Of a stretch of DNA of 64,000 nt, positions 18,548 to 29,093 are shown one piece after another; position 1 is the stretch's first letter, and each line of letters begins with the position of its first letter. A model generated the notes under the pieces. The model did no database searches. It saw nothing but the letters and a program-made list of their open reading frames with translations, and was not told the DNA's origin. Source of the DNA: Candidatus Latescibacterota bacterium (lineage in GTDB: Bacteria; Latescibacterota; UBA2968; UBA8231); contig CBDCDC010000002.1 in NCBI GenBank assembly GCA_965215195.1, positions 3,680,001-3,744,000 of the forward strand, read 5' to 3'. The translations under genes were made by a program, and so were the position numbers.

Positions 18548-19426
18548 TTACTCCTTGACACTGCCTAGCATAATCCCGCGCACGAAGTACTTCTGCACGA
18601 ATGGATAGACCAAAAGCATCGGCAGGATGGTGACGACCACGGTCGCCGCCTTGATCGTCTCGGGCGTGAACTCAGTGATGTTTGGATCAACCAATCCCTG
18701 CTCGATCAACTCGACGCTGTTTTCGATGACGATCCGCTGTAAAAAGGTCTGCAACACCTGATTTTCGTCCGACGCGATATAGAGCATGGCGTCGAACCAG
18801 TGGTTCCAGTGCGCCACCGCCGTCCACAACCCAATCGTCGCCAGCACGGGCTTGGAGAGAGGCACGTATATTCTAAAGAGGATATTGAACTCGCTGGCCC
18901 CGTCGATCTTGGCGGACTCGGCCAGACTTTCGGGAATGGCTTGAAAGAAATTCTTGACCACGATGATGTTAAACGCCGTCAGCATCTGCGGCAGCACCAG
19001 CGCCCAGATTGAGTCAATCAGACCGAGGTTCTTGACCAGCAGGTAGTTGGGCACAATGCCACCGCTAAAGAGCATGGTGAAGAGCACCAAGAACAGCAGC
19101 GGGCTGCGGTGCGGCATTTCGCGCCGCGCCAGCGGATAGGCCGTCAGGCAAGTAAAAAAGAGGGTCAGGGCCGTGCCCAAGGCCGTGCGCAGGATCGAGT
19201 TGGTGAACCCGGTGACGATCTCGGGATTGGACAGCACCATGCGGTACGAGGTCAGGGAAACGTCCCGCGGGTAGAGGTGCAAGCTGGCGCGCATGGCCTC
19301 GGCCGCGCTGCTCAACGACATCGAAATAGTGTACGCGAACGGATAGAGCGCCATCAGCCCGACTAAGCCCAACAGCGTCAGGTTAAAGACGTTGAACACC
19401 TTCTCGCCTCGCGTGCGGCTTACCAT
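18548..19426 (-). CDS. Carbohydrate ABC transporter permease (LplC/YtcP-like)
   Basis: ESAKIDGASEF EAA loop; LFSGGIVPNYLLV; YPFVQKYFVRGIMLGSVKE. Confidence 0.93.
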   Translation of the reverse strand: MVSRTRGEKVFNVFNLTLLGLVGLMALYPFAYTISMSLSSAAEAMRASLHLYPRDVSLTSYRMVLSNPEIVTGFTNSILRTALGTALTLFFTCLTAYPLARREMPHRSPLLFLVLFTMLFSGGIVPNYLLVKNLGLIDSIWALVLPQMLTAFNIIVVKNFFQAIPESLAESAKIDGASEFNILFRIYVPLSKPVLATIGLWTAVAHWNHWFDAMLYIASDENQVLQTFLQRIVIENSVELIEQGLVDPNITEFTPETIKAATVVVTILPMLLVYPFVQKYFVRGIMLGSVKE

Positions 19427-20325
19427 ATTCCCTGCTCCCCTCGGCTGAGCCGCCGGGCCAGCGAGTTGGCCAACACCACCATCAACAAGCCGACCACGGC
19501 CTTAAAAAGCCCGGCCCCGGTCGCCAGCCCAAAGTCCATCAGCACGATCCGCCGCAAAACGTAGGTGTCGATGATGTCGGCCGCGTCGTACACCATGGGA
19601 TTGTACATGTTGTAAATCTGGTCGAAACCAGCATTGAGCACATGGCCGAGATTGAGGATGAAAAGCGTGATAATCGTCGGCACCAGCCCCGGGATCGTAA
19701 CGTGCAAGGTCTGCTTCCAGCGCCCGGCCCCATCAACGACAGCCGCCTCGTACAGGTCGGGAGAAATCCCGGCTAGTGCCGCCAAGTAGATCACCGCCCC
19801 ATAGCCGGCCGCCTGCCAGATCCCGGTGGCGATGACCACCGCGATAAACCAGAAATCGTCGGTGAGGAACTCAATGGCCGAAACGCCGAAGATCTGGGCG
19901 AGCTGATTGGCCGGCCCGTTCTGCGAGAAAATCATTAGGAAGATGCCGCCTAGGATGACCCACGAGAGGAAATAGGGGATATAGGTCACCGTCTGCACGG
20001 TGCGCTTGTACCAAGAGACGCGGATCTCGTTGAGCATCAGCGCCAGCGCGATCGGCGCGAAGAAGCCGAACAGCAAGCGCAAGAAACTGATGGTGATCGT
20101 ATTGCGCAGGGCATTGGGAAAGTCGGCCCCGCCAAAGAGGCGGGAGAAATTCTCCAACCCGCTCCACTCGCTGCCTAAGATGCCGGCACTCAGGCGAAAT
20201 TCCTTAAAGGCGAGCACCAGCCCGAACATGGGCAGGTAATTGAAGACGAGGAAAAAGGCCAGCCCCGGGGCCACCAGTAGCAACAGCCCCTTGTGCTTGC
20301 GGTACTGCGTCAGTACTTCGCTCAT
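19420..20325 (-). CDS. Carbohydrate ABC transporter permease (LplB/YteP-like)
   Basis: FNYLPMFGLVLAFK; IPYFLSWVI; LYEAAVVDGAGRWKQ; start taken as ATG 20325. Confidence 0.93.
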   Translation of the reverse strand: MSEVLTQYRKHKGLLLLVAPGLAFFLVFNYLPMFGLVLAFKEFRLSAGILGSEWSGLENFSRLFGGADFPNALRNTITISFLRLLFGFFAPIALALMLNEIRVSWYKRTVQTVTYIPYFLSWVILGGIFLMIFSQNGPANQLAQIFGVSAIEFLTDDFWFIAVVIATGIWQAAGYGAVIYLAALAGISPDLYEAAVVDGAGRWKQTLHVTIPGLVPTIITLFILNLGHVLNAGFDQIYNMYNPMVYDAADIIDTYVLRRIVLMDFGLATGAGLFKAVVGLLMVVLANSLARRLSRGEQGIW

Positions 20326-20554
20326 GGTATCCTCATTGACCAAACAGGGCTTGACATCCTAGGCACCTTTTTTAGGGAACCAAGGCAAACGAACGGTTGG
20401 CTCTTTTTGGCGTCGCCAATGTGGACAACCGCACCGGCGACACCAGCGTATGGGTAGCGTATGTCTTGGTTCATATGTAAACTCTTTGGTGCCCACCTAG
20501 TTAGAAAGGTCGGCACTTTCGCATATAATCCCCTTTCTTTACTTCACCTGCGCC

Positions 20555-21427
20555 ATGCAAAACTCAACCGCCTCAGCCTTGCTCTGCGGCCCAGCCGCGC
20601 TCCTCTACCTAGTCTTTTTCGCACTGCCGACCCTGCTCGGGTTTGCCTACGGCCTGACCGACTGGTCTGGCTGGACCAAAGACCCGCGCTTTATCGGCTT
20701 GGACAACTTCCGCGAGTTGCTCGACGACGACCGCTTCTTTGCCGCTTTGCGCTTCACGCTCTTTGAAACGGCCATGATCGTGGTTGGCTACACCGCGCTG
20801 TCGCTAATTTTAGCCGTGCTGCTAGACCGCATGCAGGTCATGCGCGGCCTAGTGCGCGGGCTGTTTTTCTACCCGTTTATCCTCAGCATTCTCGTCAGCG
20901 CCCTGCTCTTCCAGTATCTGGCCAACTACCGCACCGGCGCCATAAACACCTTGCTGCGCACCTTTGGCTTCGACGCGCTGGCCCAAGACTGGATGGGCGA
21001 CCCGGCGCTGGTGCCCTACTTCATCCTCGCCTTGGTCCTCTGGCACGGCCTCGGCTTCTACACGACCATCTTCCTCGCCGGGCTACAGACCATCCCCAAC
21101 GAACTCTACGAGGCCGCGCAGATCGACGGGGCCGGACCTGTGGCGACCTTCTACCGCGTCCAAGTCCCGGTGCTCATGCCGATGATTAAGACCAACTCGG
21201 TCATTGCCCTAATCACCGGCATCAACCTCTTCCCGCAGATTTTGGTCACCACCCAAGGCGGCCCTGGCTACCGCACGTTTACGGCTGGCTACTACATCTA
21301 CTGGCTCGGCACGGAAAACGACCGCCAGGGCTATGCTTCGGCCATCGCCTTCGTCGTCTTCGCCTTCTTGGTCTTGGTCGCCGCCCTGCAAGTCGCCTTT
21401 TTCCAGCGCCGCGAGACCGACCTGTGA
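20555..21427 (+). CDS. Sugar ABC transporter permease (MalF/UgpA-like)
   Basis: FIGLDNF; LAGLQTIPNELYEAAQIDGA; TQGGPG. Confidence 0.93.
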   Translation: MQNSTASALLCGPAALLYLVFFALPTLLGFAYGLTDWSGWTKDPRFIGLDNFRELLDDDRFFAALRFTLFETAMIVVGYTALSLILAVLLDRMQVMRGLVRGLFFYPFILSILVSALLFQYLANYRTGAINTLLRTFGFDALAQDWMGDPALVPYFILALVLWHGLGFYTTIFLAGLQTIPNELYEAAQIDGAGPVATFYRVQVPVLMPMIKTNSVIALITGINLFPQILVTTQGGPGYRTFTAGYYIYWLGTENDRQGYASAIAFVVFAFLVLVAALQVAFFQRRETDL

Positions 21428-22242
21428 AGCGCCGCCGGCCCCTCTTTGAGATCGGGATGCTGCTCTTAGGGCTGCTCTACGTGTCGCCCTGTTTGCTGGC
21501 GCTGCTCAATTCCTTCAAGACCTTGCCGGAAATCGTCCGCTCGCCCGTGGCACTGCCCGCGGCACCGACCCTCGAAAACTACCACTACATCTTCACCGGC
21601 ATCAACCTCGCCGCGCCGATGTTCAACAGCCTGCTGATGTGCGTTGCGGTCATTGCCACGCTCATCGTCGTCTCCTCCATGGCCGCGTACTCCCTCACGC
21701 GCCGCCGCATGCGCACGGGCAGCTTCTGGCGCATCTTCTTCCTAGCCGGGCTCACCGTGCCGTTCCAGATTCTCATGTTGCCGCTTTTGCGCCAGTTCAA
21801 CTACCTCGGCATCGGCTACACGTACTTTGCCCTCTGGCTGCACTACGTGTCCTACGGCCTGCCATTGTGCCTGTTCATTTACAGCGGCTTTATGCGCTCC
21901 ATCCCCCGCGACCTCGAAGAAGCCGCCCTGATCGATGGCTGTACGCCCTTGGGCACCTTCTGGCGCGTGATTTTCCCACTGCTAACTCCCTGCACGGTGA
22001 CGATCATCATCTTTTGGGGCCTCTTCACTTGGAACGACTTCCCGCACGCCTTCATCCTCATGGGCACCAACAAGGGCGAACTGGCCTTTGTGCAGCTATG
22101 GCGCTTTCTCTCGGACAAGTACGTCAAGAACTGGAACTACATCTTCGCCGGCGTCGTGGTCTTGTCGCTACCCGTCACCATACTCTATCTTGCCATGCAG
22201 CGCCGCTTCGTCAAAGGACTGACCGCTGGTTCCACACGCTGA
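21424..22242 (+). CDS. Sugar ABC transporter permease (MalG/UgpE-like)
   Basis: IPRDLEEAALIDGC; WNDF; QRRFVKGLTAG. Confidence 0.93.
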   Translation: MKRRRPLFEIGMLLLGLLYVSPCLLALLNSFKTLPEIVRSPVALPAAPTLENYHYIFTGINLAAPMFNSLLMCVAVIATLIVVSSMAAYSLTRRRMRTGSFWRIFFLAGLTVPFQILMLPLLRQFNYLGIGYTYFALWLHYVSYGLPLCLFIYSGFMRSIPRDLEEAALIDGCTPLGTFWRVIFPLLTPCTVTIIIFWGLFTWNDFPHAFILMGTNKGELAFVQLWRFLSDKYVKNWNYIFAGVVVLSLPVTILYLAMQRRFVKGLTAGSTR

Positions 22243-22254
22243 GGACTCCGCCCC

Positions 22255-23556
22255 ATGCCCCTCGCCAAACTCGCAACTTTTGCCCTTGCCGCCCTCCTCG
22301 CTTTTGGGGCCTGCGCTGGCCAAGAAGACGCCCGCGTCGTGCGCGTCACCCGCAATATCGGCGGCCGACCCGGCTTCCAAGTCCACTGGGACATCTGGAA
22401 GGCCACCTTTGAGCGCCAAAACCCCGGCTGGACCCTCGAGCTGATCGACTTGGGCAACGAGGACGCCGGCGCGTACTACCGCCGCGCCATTGCCACCGGC
22501 GACCTGCCCCACGTGGTAATGACCCTCGACTACACCAAATTCTTGGCCAACGGCGGCCACCTGCTCCCCATTCCCCGCGCGCTCTACGACCGAGTAGGGC
22601 AAAACTTGCCGCCGTTGCACAACAGCCAGTACTACACGGCTCAAGTAGGCCGCCAGATCACCGGCATCGCCGTCAACAAGCGCATCTGGACCGAGGCCGG
22701 CATTGCCGAGCCGCCGCAGACTTGGGACGCCTTTATCGCCGCCTTGCACGAGATAAAAGCCGCCGGGTACAAGCCGCTCGTCTATGGGGGCCGCGAGTGG
22801 TCGGCCGGGGTGCCCCTCTCCTACGCGATCCAGACCAACCTCTACGACCCGACCCGCCCAGCCGACGCGCCCTCCTGGACCGTGCGCCGCGACCGCGGCG
22901 AGATCGCCTTTGCCACGGACCCGCTGATGCGCACCATCATGGCAAACATGATCGCGCTTCTCGACAACTTCGTGGAGAAAGGCTCGCTGAGCGACGGGTA
23001 CAACGAGGAGCAGCGCGACTTCTTCAACGAGCACGCCGCCACTTGGATGATGGGCTGCTGGATGAGCGGCGATGTTGAGCCGCTACAGGTCGACTTTGAA
23101 ATCGAGTACTGGCCCATTCCCTCCATGACCGGCCACCAGCCCCTCTTCATCAACACCTCCAACCAGCAGCGCGGGTGGGCCATGACCTCCAGCGCCCAAG
23201 GCCCGTACTACGACAAAGCCCTCGCCGTGCTCCATGCGTACTACCACCCGGAGGTCTATCAGGCGTACCTCAACGCCGAGGGCATGCTGCTCAACGCCAC
23301 TCAAATCAAAGGCGTCAATGGCCCGAAAAGCACCCATGGGCCGACCCAGCGCCTCTTTGAGCGCATGCACACCAATCTCGACCACTGGGGCTGGACGCCC
23401 GGCTACTTCATCTCCATTGAGGACTATCCCCCCACCGGCTTCGTCCTCACCTTGGCCCGCATCATGCAGGAAATCCAAGCCGGCAACCGCGACGTGGACG
23501 CGCTGCTCAAAATGCTCGACGACGACTGGGAGGCCGGGCGCAAGGGCAACAAGTGA
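22255..23556 (+). CDS. ABC transporter substrate-binding lipoprotein (family 1, sugar)
   Basis: Lipobox FGAC; FERQNPG; NKRIWTEAGIAEPPQTWDAF. Confidence 0.88.
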   Translation: MPLAKLATFALAALLAFGACAGQEDARVVRVTRNIGGRPGFQVHWDIWKATFERQNPGWTLELIDLGNEDAGAYYRRAIATGDLPHVVMTLDYTKFLANGGHLLPIPRALYDRVGQNLPPLHNSQYYTAQVGRQITGIAVNKRIWTEAGIAEPPQTWDAFIAALHEIKAAGYKPLVYGGREWSAGVPLSYAIQTNLYDPTRPADAPSWTVRRDRGEIAFATDPLMRTIMANMIALLDNFVEKGSLSDGYNEEQRDFFNEHAATWMMGCWMSGDVEPLQVDFEIEYWPIPSMTGHQPLFINTSNQQRGWAMTSSAQGPYYDKALAVLHAYYHPEVYQAYLNAEGMLLNATQIKGVNGPKSTHGPTQRLFERMHTNLDHWGWTPGYFISIEDYPPTGFVLTLARIMQEIQAGNRDVDALLKMLDDDWEAGRKGNK

Positions 23557-25451
23557 TGCGCCCCGCCCTCGAATGGACGCTGGCCATGGCCCTGTGCGTT
23601 GGCCACAACTTCATCGGGGTGCGCAGCTACATCCTGCTCGACCACTACTCGGGCTACGCCGACCACTTCAACACGGTCGGCGTGATCTTCGCCCTGTTCT
23701 GGGTCGCGCTTACCGCCTTGCTGCTCGCGCTGCTGCGGCCCTTCCTGCGGCTGCCGACTTCGACTTTCGCCCTCATCTACGCCGCGCTAATGGTGGCTAC
23801 GGTCCTGCCGACCATGGGTTTTGGCGGCTATTTCATCCCCCTGCTCGCCGGCGTCTTCTACTACGCCACCCCGGAAAATAACTGGCGCGAACTGCTGTGG
23901 GATCACATCCCCGACTGGGCCGCCCCGCGCGACTTGGAGATGATCCGCAACCTCTTCGAGGGGGCCCCAGCAGGTGCGCCGCTGCCGTGGGATGCTTGGC
24001 TCGGCCCGTGTATTTTCTGGGGCCTCTTCATGGTCGCCTTCTTCTTGGTCAGCTTCTCGCTCATCGCCCTGCTCCACCACCAGTGGGTGCGCGGCGAGCG
24101 CTTGGTCTATCCCTTGGCCGTAGTGCCGACGGCCATGGTCGAAAGCGTGGAAAACCCGGGCCAAAGCCTCTTTAAGAACCCCCTGTTCTGGGCCGGGTTT
24201 TTCATCGCTTGGAGCATCCCGACCGTCAACATGCTCGACCAAGTGTTCGACTTTGAGACCATCCACAACTTCGGCATCCCGTCCACGCGCATCTTTTTGC
24301 GCCGCATCGGCATCTCCTACGGGATCAACGTCAACTTCCTCGTCGTCGGCTTGGGCTACTTGCTCAACCTCAATGTGCTCTTGAGCGTGTGGCTCTTCCA
24401 CATCCTCGTCTATCTCGAACACGGCCTGTTGGGCTTTTTTGGGGTTGTGGTCAACCTCCCGGCCCAGCCACACCAGCAGGTCTCAGTGCTGATGTCGCAT
24501 CAGCAGATGGGGGCGCTCGTCTTTCTGCTCGTCTCGTCGCTGTGGATGTCGCGCAACTTTCTCAAAGACCAGTGGCGCGCTATCGCCAGCGGCGCAAGAG
24601 GCCCAGACACGCACCTGCCCTCGCCGCGCACCTCGGCGCTGATGGGAGTCGCCGGGCTGAGCTATATGGCGTACTTCCTCCACGCCACCGGCCTTTCCCT
24701 CGGCTGGAGTCTGGCCTTGCTGCTGGTCGCGCTGTTGGTCTTTTTGGGCACGGCGCGCTTGCTGGTGCAGACCGGCTTGGGGCGGTTGCGCGCACCCCAT
24801 TCCATCCCGCCGCTCTTTACCAATGTGTTCGGCACGGCCTATTTCGGCGCTAAGGGACTTACCGCCATGGGGCTCAACATGGTGTGGGCCGCGGACGTGC
24901 AATTGTTCTTCATGGGCACGATGGCCCACGCCTTTAAGGTCTGCGAGGAGGTCAAGGAAAAGATCAGCGCCCGCAAGCTGCTGTTCTTCCTCACCTCGGC
25001 CCTCGTCGTCAGCGCGGTTACCACCATCGCGGTCTATATATGGCTGGGCTATCAGCACGGCATGATGCACGGCTTCCGCTGGTACTACATTGCCTCGCCC
25101 CTGAGCAAGTGGGGTTGGGTCGCCAAAACGGTCAACAACCCGCACCCGCCCCAGCATCTGACCACCCTGTTTACCGGCATCGGCGCTGGGCTCGCCGGGC
25201 TGCTTTCCTTTGCCCAGCACCGCCTCGCCGGCTGGCCCCTGCACCCGGTGGGGCTAGCTGTGGCCCTGACCAATACCGTGCGCGGCGATTGGTTTGGGAT
25301 GTTCCTCGCTTGGCTCGTTAAGTCGATTCTGATTAGCTACGGCGGGGTCATTCTATACCGGAAAGTGCGGCCGCTCTTTTTGGGGTTTATCGTGGGGGCT
25401 TGCGTCGGCGTGGGCGGAGCGTCGCTGGTCTATTCGTTCTACTACTTCTAA
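23553..25451 (+). CDS. DUF6785/DUF6784-like polytopic membrane protein (putative transporter)
   Basis: About 16 hydrophobic segments; YYATPENNW, PWDAWLGP, QWVRGERLVYPL, WPLHPVG and YRKVRPLFLG motifs. Confidence 0.7.
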   Translation: MMRPALEWTLAMALCVGHNFIGVRSYILLDHYSGYADHFNTVGVIFALFWVALTALLLALLRPFLRLPTSTFALIYAALMVATVLPTMGFGGYFIPLLAGVFYYATPENNWRELLWDHIPDWAAPRDLEMIRNLFEGAPAGAPLPWDAWLGPCIFWGLFMVAFFLVSFSLIALLHHQWVRGERLVYPLAVVPTAMVESVENPGQSLFKNPLFWAGFFIAWSIPTVNMLDQVFDFETIHNFGIPSTRIFLRRIGISYGINVNFLVVGLGYLLNLNVLLSVWLFHILVYLEHGLLGFFGVVVNLPAQPHQQVSVLMSHQQMGALVFLLVSSLWMSRNFLKDQWRAIASGARGPDTHLPSPRTSALMGVAGLSYMAYFLHATGLSLGWSLALLLVALLVFLGTARLLVQTGLGRLRAPHSIPPLFTNVFGTAYFGAKGLTAMGLNMVWAADVQLFFMGTMAHAFKVCEEVKEKISARKLLFFLTSALVVSAVTTIAVYIWLGYQHGMMHGFRWYYIASPLSKWGWVAKTVNNPHPPQHLTTLFTGIGAGLAGLLSFAQHRLAGWPLHPVGLAVALTNTVRGDWFGMFLAWLVKSILISYGGVILYRKVRPLFLGFIVGACVGVGGASLVYSFYYF

Positions 25452-25642
25452 CCGCGCACCTGCTTGACCCGGCCGACTTCGCCCGTCTCCAAGCGCACCT
25501 TAATCCCGTGCGGATGTGTCGCCGACTTGGTCAGAATATCCCGCACCACGCCCTCGGTCAGCCGACCCGTGCGCTGATCCTGCTTCTGCACAATGGCAAC
25601 GCGCATCCCGCGCGCTATATCGGCCCGTCTCGTTCCGTTCAC
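25448..25642 (-). CDS. YwbE family (DUF2196) small protein
   Basis: VAIVQKQDQRTGRLTEGVVRDILTKSATHPHGIKVRLETGEVGRV; GTG 25642 overlaps the upstream TGA. Confidence 0.9.
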   Translation of the reverse strand: MNGTRRADIARGMRVAIVQKQDQRTGRLTEGVVRDILTKSATHPHGIKVRLETGEVGRVKQVRG

Positions 25643-27456
25643 ACCCGATCCAACCACACTGGACTCAACCACGCCCGGTGCCCGTCCTTCTGCCGCAGCC
25701 GCAAATAGTAATAGGACCACGCGCCCGCTGGCGCAGGCAATTCGGCCCCGTCGATCTCCACGTCCCAAGCATTGGGTGCGTCCTGCCAGACGCACTGCCC
25801 GTTGGCCATGATCTCCACCCGCTCAATCGGCGCAGTCCCGTGCAGGCTGGCCGAGAAATGCACCTTTTCGCCCTCGGCCAACGCGCCCTCCGCGCCCGAG
25901 CGCACGCCGTTGACCGCATAGTCGCAGACGATTGGCACGCCCGAAGTCGCGTAGGTCCAGCGCTGGTCCATGGCCTGCCACACGGCCTCGCGGGTCAATT
26001 CCGTCGCCCGGAAACAGGTCATCCCCACGTAGCCTCCCGGTTTTTGCGTCGGATACCCTTGGTGGTTGTCGGTCCCGGCGACAAACCCCAAGCGCCAGCC
26101 TTGGGCAAAGGCATCCTGCACCGCAGCACCCAACCCCCCTAAGCGAATACCCCAGTACTCGTCGGGCGCGTCGGCTTCAAAATTGCCCCGGCCTTGGACG
26201 ATTTCCACCAGTCTGGCCCGCTTGTTGGGGAACTCCCAGTGGTATTGCGACCAGTAAAACGTCTTGCCCATGACCGCGCGGTGCTTGCCGTATTCAATGG
26301 GTTGTCCGCAGTTGGGGTGGTGCGGCACCATGACCACGTCTTTGTCCCAAACCACTTCCGAAGGGCAAAGCTCCGGTTTCCAGTGCCAAGTGCCGCCATC
26401 GACCTCCGGGGTGCGCAGATAGAGGTTGGCGTGCCCGTAGGCATTGGAGCTTTCCCACGCCGGGATCGTCACAAAGCGGCCCGGCTCGTAAAATGCTTCA
26501 TTGACCGCCAAGCACTCGGCCCAGCCGGGGCCGATCGGGGCGTGGTCGGTCATCGCGATCACGTCGAGGTTGAGAAAGTCGCGGGCATAGGCGTAGGCCG
26601 CGTGCGGTTCGCGGTCGCCATCCACTGAAAGCCGCGTGTGGAAGTGGATGCCGCCGAAGTAGTGGCCGCGCTCGCCGATCGCTTGCGCCGGACCGCTCTG
26701 CGCTGCTAAACCGCGCTCTGCATCGCGCACTGCAATGCGGACGGGACCGTCGGCCGGCACTTCAATACCCTCGACCACGCCCCGGCCGTCGGCACCAATT
26801 TCCACTTCATCGGGCAGCCCCGCGACCGCTCCGTCGGCCTGCACAGTCACCGTCCCCCGGTAGCTCGGTATTGGATTGAGATGATCGTCCGTCGCGAAAA
26901 CCACGACCCGGCGCTTTCCCTGTGCATCCGCTGCCGCAGACACGCGCCCTTCCAGCCGCGTCAGGGGGCCGGGGGCATTGAGCAGCGGAATCGGGTCGCC
27001 CACCTTCTCGAAAACTTCGGCTGCGGGTCGCCGCACCCGCACTTGCAGGGCCCCGCTTATATCCGCGTGTGGCGACGGCACCGCACCAAAGGGAAAGACC
27101 AGCCGCGCCCCTGCGCTTAGCGACTTAGTGACCTGAATGGTACACAAGTAGAGTTCGTTGATCGGCCTTCCCACCAACCCACCGCCGGCCGGCCCATCGC
27201 CGCCCCGCGTCATATCGGTCCAGTCGCGGGGCAGCCCGTGTCCGAGCACCACCACGCCCTCGCCCCCTTCGACAAAAGGGTCTGCAAGCGTCCACTGGCG
27301 AGAATAGGAATGGAACGCGCTGATCGAAACCCGTACATCGGCTCCAGCTTCTAGGCCCGCCGGACAAGTGACGAACAGCCGCAAGGGTTTGCGCTGCTGG
27401 TCCGTGGCGACGAATTCCGTCTGTCCTTCGTAGTGTACCTCTAATTGTTCGTACAT
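25639..27456 (-). CDS. DUF3604 / PHP-like metallohydrolase
   Basis: HFHTRLSVDG, MTDHA, YGHAN, PHHP, GFVAGTDNH and RAWLSPVW motifs. Confidence 0.8.
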   Translation of the reverse strand: MYEQLEVHYEGQTEFVATDQQRKPLRLFVTCPAGLEAGADVRVSISAFHSYSRQWTLADPFVEGGEGVVVLGHGLPRDWTDMTRGGDGPAGGGLVGRPINELYLCTIQVTKSLSAGARLVFPFGAVPSPHADISGALQVRVRRPAAEVFEKVGDPIPLLNAPGPLTRLEGRVSAAADAQGKRRVVVFATDDHLNPIPSYRGTVTVQADGAVAGLPDEVEIGADGRGVVEGIEVPADGPVRIAVRDAERGLAAQSGPAQAIGERGHYFGGIHFHTRLSVDGDREPHAAYAYARDFLNLDVIAMTDHAPIGPGWAECLAVNEAFYEPGRFVTIPAWESSNAYGHANLYLRTPEVDGGTWHWKPELCPSEVVWDKDVVMVPHHPNCGQPIEYGKHRAVMGKTFYWSQYHWEFPNKRARLVEIVQGRGNFEADAPDEYWGIRLGGLGAAVQDAFAQGWRLGFVAGTDNHQGYPTQKPGGYVGMTCFRATELTREAVWQAMDQRWTYATSGVPIVCDYAVNGVRSGAEGALAEGEKVHFSASLHGTAPIERVEIMANGQCVWQDAPNAWDVEIDGAELPAPAGAWSYYYLRLRQKDGHRAWLSPVWLDRV

Positions 27457-27479
27457 GTTACCTCCTCGATTCTTGTTGA

Positions 27480-28160
27480 TCAGGATACCATACCTTCAAG
27501 TTGATGGAATAGACCGTCGATCTCGTCGATGACAATCAATTCTGCTGTGGCATTCCATTCGATCTCTCGCGCATAATACCACCGGGCTTGTACAGGCCGC
27601 ATACCAACTTCTGCAGCCCCCTGCAGTTCGTCAAATCCTCCATCTCCGACGAACGCGGTTTTGCTTGGCGAAATGCCGAGACGCTCGCAGGCCAAATTGT
27701 AAATTTCAGGATCGGGCTTCACATAGCCTATTTGACATGAAAAGACAGCATCATCCACTACATTGCGGAGCGGGCACTCTGGCCAACTGATTACCTCGTC
27801 TGGAGTAGCATTGCTAACAATCCCAATCGTCCAGCCATTTGAACGAAGCCGCGAAAGTACATGCAGCATTTCAGCTTCTACTCCGAGCAGGTATTCCCGC
27901 TTGCGCCGCAGTCGATCGCGGCTGATTTCTTCAACAGTCGCACTTTCAACGGAAGCTCCCAGCGAGTTGCACAATGCCGACAACATTTCCCGATAGGTAG
28001 CAAACTTGCCCGTCATCCGATCTCTAGCACTATCCTTCCACCACGCTCGCACATCATCCAAACTCAACCCCAGTTTATCGACAAACGCCTGTTCAGAGGG
28101 ACGATCTGCATACTTCTGCGTCACGAGCGTTTCAAACAAATCGAATAGAACCGCTTTCAC
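27480..28160 (-). CDS. HAD-superfamily hydrolase (subfamily IA)
   Basis: KAVLFDLFETL, IVSNA, KPDPEIY, FVGDG. Probable start is GTG 28160; the ORF extends in frame to 28226. Confidence 0.88.
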   Translation of the reverse strand: MKAVLFDLFETLVTQKYADRPSEQAFVDKLGLSLDDVRAWWKDSARDRMTGKFATYREMLSALCNSLGASVESATVEEISRDRLRRKREYLLGVEAEMLHVLSRLRSNGWTIGIVSNATPDEVISWPECPLRNVVDDAVFSCQIGYVKPDPEIYNLACERLGISPSKTAFVGDGGFDELQGAAEVGMRPVQARWYYAREIEWNATAELIVIDEIDGLFHQLEGMVS

Positions 28161-28226
28161 GGCGTTCTCTCCCCGTTCCACGAGCATTCCAGCAGCGACG
28201 ATATGTTTTGGCGGATTTAAGTGCAT

Positions 28227-29093
28227 TTATCCGTACCAACGGGCACTTATATAGCGGGCCACCCCGTCCTCTTCATTGGTATCAATGATCCCAGTAGCTT
28301 GTTCCTTAAGAGCGGGGATGGCATTGGCCACGGCTAGGGCCTCGTCAGCCATCTTGAACATGTCCAAGTCGTTTACTTCGTCGCCAAAAACGATCACGCG
28401 GCGGTCTTCCATTTTTTGCATGCGCTTGAGACTCAGGATGCCCTGCTCTTTGGTGGCGCGAGCATCGTGGATGGTCAGCCAGTGCCACTTAGGCGAGTAC
28501 TGATTCTCGTAGCAATGGGTCTGAACCCGTTTGGCATGTCGTTGGTTGATCGCCTCATCCAATTTCTCCAGCTCTGGTCCCGGGCCGATAACGGTGAGAC
28601 AAACCACTTGGTCGCCGAGGCCGCGTTGCAAGTCGGCTAAATAGCACAGGCGCGGATCTTGGTGGAGCTGCCTATTCCGCAGATACCAAGCCATGCCGTC
28701 GTTGGTGATGTCGCAGTAGTAGAGACGATCGGCAGTGCCGTCGTAGGTCGAGATGAAGGGGATGTAACCAGCGTCGGTTATCTGTTGCCACAGCTCAGGC
28801 AGAATGTCGCCGGGCAGGTCGTGGATCAGGTAGTGTTGGCCGCTGGCCAGATCGGAAACAAAGGCACCGTTGAATTCGACCACCGGCAAGCGCAGAGGTA
28901 CATCGGCCAGCAAGTGGCGCATGGAAGCTATGCTGCGGGCGCTGGCTACCGTGAAGAGCAACCCCTGGTCCAACAGCGCGTTGAGGGTATCCCTGCTGTA
29001 CTGAGATAGCGAAGTATCGTCGCGCAGTAGAGTGCCGTCCAAATCGGAAATGTATAGGGGAGAGCCAGCATTAGCTTTCACAGTGAGATTCAC
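28227..29093 (-). CDS. Cof-type HAD-IIB hydrolase
   Basis: SDLDGTLL, VASAR, FNGA, FGDEVNDLDMF, NEEDGVA. Confidence 0.92.
   Translation of the reverse strand: MNLTVKANAGSPLYISDLDGTLLRDDTSLSQYSRDTLNALLDQGLLFTVASARSIASMRHLLADVPLRLPVVEFNGAFVSDLASGQHYLIHDLPGDILPELWQQITDAGYIPFISTYDGTADRLYYCDITNDGMAWYLRNRQLHQDPRLCYLADLQRGLGDQVVCLTVIGPGPELEKLDEAINQRHAKRVQTHCYENQYSPKWHWLTIHDARATKEQGILSLKRMQKMEDRRVIVFGDEVNDLDMFKMADEALAVANAIPALKEQATGIIDTNEEDGVARYISARWYG

Noticed and set aside
20322-20516. 64-aa ORF between the divergent permease genes
   Set aside because: No SD or recognisable motif; more likely promoter DNA.
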